NCBI GenBank assembly: GCA_052426225.1 | Contig: JBNJNM010000021.1 | Coordinates: 2,108,001-2,172,000, forward strand | DNA length: 64,000 nt | Source of the DNA: Zancudomyces culisetae HAW-14-8 | Taxonomy: Eukaryota; Fungi; Kickxellomycota | Direction: 5' to 3' | In this document: piece by piece, positions 59,916 to 64,000 of the stretch | Position numbering within the stretch: position 1 is the stretch's first letter | How the letters are laid out: every line of letters begins with the position of its first letter | Position numbers and translations under genes: made by a program | Notes under the pieces: generated by a model | Seen by the model: only the letters and a program-made list of their open reading frames with translations | What the model was told of the DNA's origin: nothing | Databases searched by the model: none

Positions 59916-62900
59916 TTAGACAGATATCAACTTGATGGTATTCCCAGAAGCCACAGCTAAAACAGTGTACAAAAAGGAATGTGTAAGACTAACACTCTTT
60001 GATGGTATCAATGGGATTCTTGGGTCCATGAGTGGTAGATTTCTGACTGGCATCGCTATTATACCCACGATATAAATTGAAAGTGAGGTTTCTACCATTG
60101 ATACCTCTGACATTTTTAGAATATCTGTATTTACGAGATTGCTGTTATTTACACTAGTGCTGGTATTTAGAGGTGTGTTTGCAGTTGCATTCACACTTGT
60201 ATTCACAGTGTCGTTAAAGTTGGAAATAGAATCGAGATACCGAGAGTAGTTACGAGGGGTTCCACTTTGAACAAGCTTGATTGGCTTGATAATAATAAAT
60301 CCAATATTGGTATCAAAATGAAATCTATTAAATGGACCATCACCCAAAAAAGCATCCAAATTATTCGAGGCTACAGAATTCATATTCGTAGCCATAGAAT
60401 TGACGGACGGATGATCGGAAAGTGGATCAAAGGAAGAATGAGAAGATACATCGTCAGCACGTGCTATTGGTTCAACAAGGGGTGAGGAAGCGCTGTGGTG
60501 TTGAAATTGGAGAGGAAGCAAGTCGAATAAGGGTGCAGGGTTAAAGTCTATACAGATATCAGAGGTGGAGTAAACGACAATATCTGGAGGAGAATATTGA
60601 GTCAAAAAGTCGGTTTTAGATTGGTATTGTAGTATGATGGTAGCTCAATTGAAAGGTTTAGAGGTAAGTTCATTGATAAAATGTTGATTTTTTGAAGGTA
60701 GCTGGGGATAAATAAAGAAAAGGATGGAGAGTTTAAGAGGTAGAAAGTCGGGGGTAACAAAGCGCTACCATCATTATTATTGCCAATATTCTTACTACTA
60801 TTTTTATCGCTACAGCCGCTAATGGTGTCAATACCAACACTACCAATATTGGTATTGGTATCATTTTGTTTTTCACTAGTCAAAGCCAGTGAAAATTTGT
60901 TTGTCGAAGAATCAATGTTCTGATATTCAGACTTTGTATACAGCGTGTTACCAAACAAAACAAACAAATCAAATGTCCAAAGTTCCCAAGAAAATTCAAA
61001 AGTAGAACGGTAGCCAACTACACTGCTACTACCTAAACTGTTATTTTGAGTGTTACCAGCCTTAGAATTTTTGCTCCTAGATGAATAACCTCCTTTGCTA
61101 CTAGACAGTTCAAAGTCATTTGGAAGTCCAAGATGGCCTAGTTTGCCAAAAGTATTGCTGTTGTTGGTCGCTTGAAAATAAATATCAGTATCACCATAAT
61201 CTAAAAAACCCCATCCCCTCATAATGTTGTAAATGACTTGGATGAACTTAAACTTGGGCTGTTTTTTATGTTACGATTCGATTTTTTGGTAGAGAATGAG
61301 TGGCTTGATGATATTGAAAATGGTGCGGTATATCAACTTAGATAACGCACAAAACCAGTACCACGCATCAGAGACAGGCTGCCCTAACGGTGAAGCATTT
61401 TTCTTGATGAAGAATCAATGGTACTCTCATATGGTGAAATTACATAATCCTCTACTGTAGTATTGGAGCTCAATTTGAGTTTATTGCTTTTGTGGTTGTG
61501 TTCATGTTTGTGTTTAATTTTTGAATCGTGATAAATCGAGACAAATTAAATCCACACTATCTTTGGTATCGAATTTTCTTATTATTGCAAGTGTGGAATG
61601 TCGTCATTTCATCAGATGTCAACCCCAAGTACTCAAAACACGGGGCTTTTGGTTTTTTGTTCAGGATTTTGTAGCTAGGAACCAATCCTTTACGGAACAA
61701 ACCCTCATGGTCTCTTTGAAAATCTACAGCAAATTTTCGGAACTTTGGATAGTTTGGCGTATCTACCATATCAATCAGATATACAAAATTACTGGAATTG
61801 ACTTTGCTGCTATCACTGGTGTTATATATCCCTATCTTTTGCGACTGTGATATGGCTGCCACAAATTCCGAATCGTTACTAAGAATACACGCGCCAACTA
61901 TTCCCTCTTGAAATATTTGTGGATCAAAATACTTGACAGGAACACCAGACCTACTAATTTGGCTAAACACTGCCTCACCCATTTCTGTTCTGAAGGATTC
62001 TATAATACTTTGAACCAAACTCACACTTGAAAACCGTAATTCATCGAATCCACACAAATTGGGTCTCAATACACCTACACATACACTCGAGATTGAACAC
62101 AAATACCTTGCTGTTTTTTTCTGTGTCACTACCCTCTGGTATCCCATCTTTTTTCTATTCCTGGCCAAACCATTTTTTAACTGTATACTTGAAACATTCT
62201 CTTCCGCACTTTCCCATTCCTAGTCTTTCTACTTCCCTTTACTACCGCCACTAACTGTCTCTTGCTTCTTCTTTACAATCGATTCAACACCTAGGCTCCT
62301 AAAATTCTTCATAGTTATTCTATCAACCCCAAAATCCCATCAAAATATCGACCCATTTTCCCCTATCACCACTATGTTTTTGTCACATCCACCGTCTCTA
62401 CCAACAGCGATACCTATTATATTCATTGTTAGCTCCTCAGCATTTAGACTGATTTCAAATTCTATTTTTTTACTTATTCTGCCATATTCAATTGCACTAG
62501 GTTGTTTCTTTTCTCTGAAACTAAAAAAACCCCTCAAGCCCCCTTCTTTGAATTGGAAGACCTTCATTCATCCCAAGCGCCATTTTTTAAAAAATATTCT
62601 GGATCGTGCTAAATCTCACTTGTTGCGCTCCCACTGCAGTATTGCCCTTAGCTCCTTATTCTTCGATTGACTTTAAATTGGTGTTGGACTGTTCATTAAG
62701 GTTTGTGGTCGCCGTGAAATTTGCTTCCTCCGCCGTATTTACCAAAGTATCTTTTGAATTGATTCCCAACTTTACGATATTTCAAATATTTCCCTGTGCT
62801 TACTTGCTCCAAGCAAACTTGAGTATCTCTCGAATAACCACTCAATCAGATTTAGGCCTAATATTACCTTTAGAACCAGTAAAAGATAATCGTCAATTAT
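59916..62900 (-). pseudogene. Decayed large gene (consecutive same-strand ORF fragments separated by stops and frameshifts)
   Basis: ORFs 62340-62567, 61557-62168, 60602-61222 and 59916-60605 have coding-like composition. The last two overlap at a T-run frameshift, and coding-like sequence continues past the TGA at 62340. 5' limit approximate. Confidence 0.55.
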
Positions 62901-63226
62901 TCAAAATTCATCATTTATTGTCTGTACCAAATTCAGTTCATTACATTATACTCATACATGTTTATTTTTAAGAATCTGGAAGAAAAAGCAGGGAATTATA
63001 ATTGATTTTCAAAATTCGATATATTGTAAGGTATAGATAATTTTGGTTCGTTTTGTTCATGAAGAATAAATATTAACAAATTTTCAATTTGAGGATGATG
63101 AAGGTGGGAGATTGATAGTAAATTTATATTTATTCATTTGTATTCTTGAATATTAGAAAAAGCTAATCGAAGGAAATCTGTAACTTGATAAAAAAAAATA
63201 GCGTTAAAGAATAACAAACAGCAAAG

Positions 63227-63703
63227 TCATTCTGAGTTTATGGATAATAATTTTTTTGGCTCTGGTTTAGATTTATATCGCTTTCTCAGCTTATCGATAT
63301 CCAGAGCTCCCTTAGAATTTTTTAATTCGTATTCTAAAAGAATTTTATCAATCATATTACCCTGTTCCACTTGTAATTTTTTTTCCTCGAAGGCCAGTTT
63401 TTCTTTCTCTAAGGCTATTCGACCCTTTTCCTTCTTTTCCTCGAAGGCCAGTTTTTCTTTCTCTAATTCATAACTCCATTTCTCGCTAAAGAAGTTTTTG
63501 ATTTGTATGGATAAAATAATAAAGAGACCAAAATATTCGAACTTGGTAATGTTATTCAATACAAAGCTCTCCGTGATTATTTCAAGTAAAAAGTCTGTTT
63601 GTAGTATTAATTCCGGTCTGGCTAATATAATTAGGGAAATAATGTTTGTTAACCTCATTATCGTGGATGACGATGGTCTTTTTATACTTGAAGAGGTTGC
63701 CAT
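63227..63703 (-). CDS. Orphan TM plus coiled-coil protein, paralog B (158 aa)
   Basis: Homologous N-terminus to 58255-58860; internal duplicated LEKEKLAFEEKK. Confidence 0.7.
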   Translation of the reverse strand: MATSSSIKRPSSSTIMRLTNIISLIILARPELILQTDFLLEIITESFVLNNITKFEYFGLFIILSIQIKNFFSEKWSYELEKEKLAFEEKKEKGRIALEKEKLAFEEKKLQVEQGNMIDKILLEYELKNSKGALDIDKLRKRYKSKPEPKKLLSINSE

Positions 63704-64000
63704 ATTCGGTATCAGTGAAGTCTTTATTTCAATTCTAGATATACTCTATTCTTGTTTTTCCAAGTATCACAAACAAATTCGAATGGTATAATGTTCAATA
63801 TAATGGTCTTTATTACCATCTATACAAATGTTAATGATTCTTTGCTTAGAAATCAAGTCAATTCAACATCAATAAGTTATTCGGTATTTATATAATATAT
63901 TCATAAAGCAAAGAAAATCAACAACATCTATAAACATTTCAATAAACTCTTTGTGAGTTGGGTAAGAAAATGTGTTGTATCTGGTAAAAAAACGGATAGA

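Overview
AT-rich, gene-dense eukaryotic DNA with short GT-AG introns. The gene content is fungal. The intronless F-box/ankyrin paralogs and the trypsin-family gene suggest an early-diverging lineage such as Kickxellomycotina/Harpellales; this is an inference and was not verified. Housekeeping genes: PXA-domain protein (runs off the window), PMT4-type O-mannosyltransferase, FMC1, dolichol kinase, mitochondrial uL4, Pin4/Cip2-like RRM-R3H protein, LRRC40-like protein, ETR1/MECR, a WD40 protein, NOP8/NOL8, VMA6, G6PD and ELF1. The most striking structure is a 2,647-bp apparently perfect inverted repeat (11963-14609 / 25780-28426) with slightly diverged edges, enclosing an 11.17-kb four-gene segment. 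Each arm carries a complete gene for a 120-aa prepro-peptide: signal peptide, acidic pro-region, KR, then LGSTYKYYSSARILYYWL. Next to the left arm is a 1242-aa secreted protein built from 28 C-x15-C helical repeats with a higher-order period. The right third of the window is an accessory region: two F-box-like/ankyrin paralogs (one decaying), a catalytically dead GPI-type trypsin homolog, a duplicated orphan TM/coiled-coil gene pair and a pseudogene.
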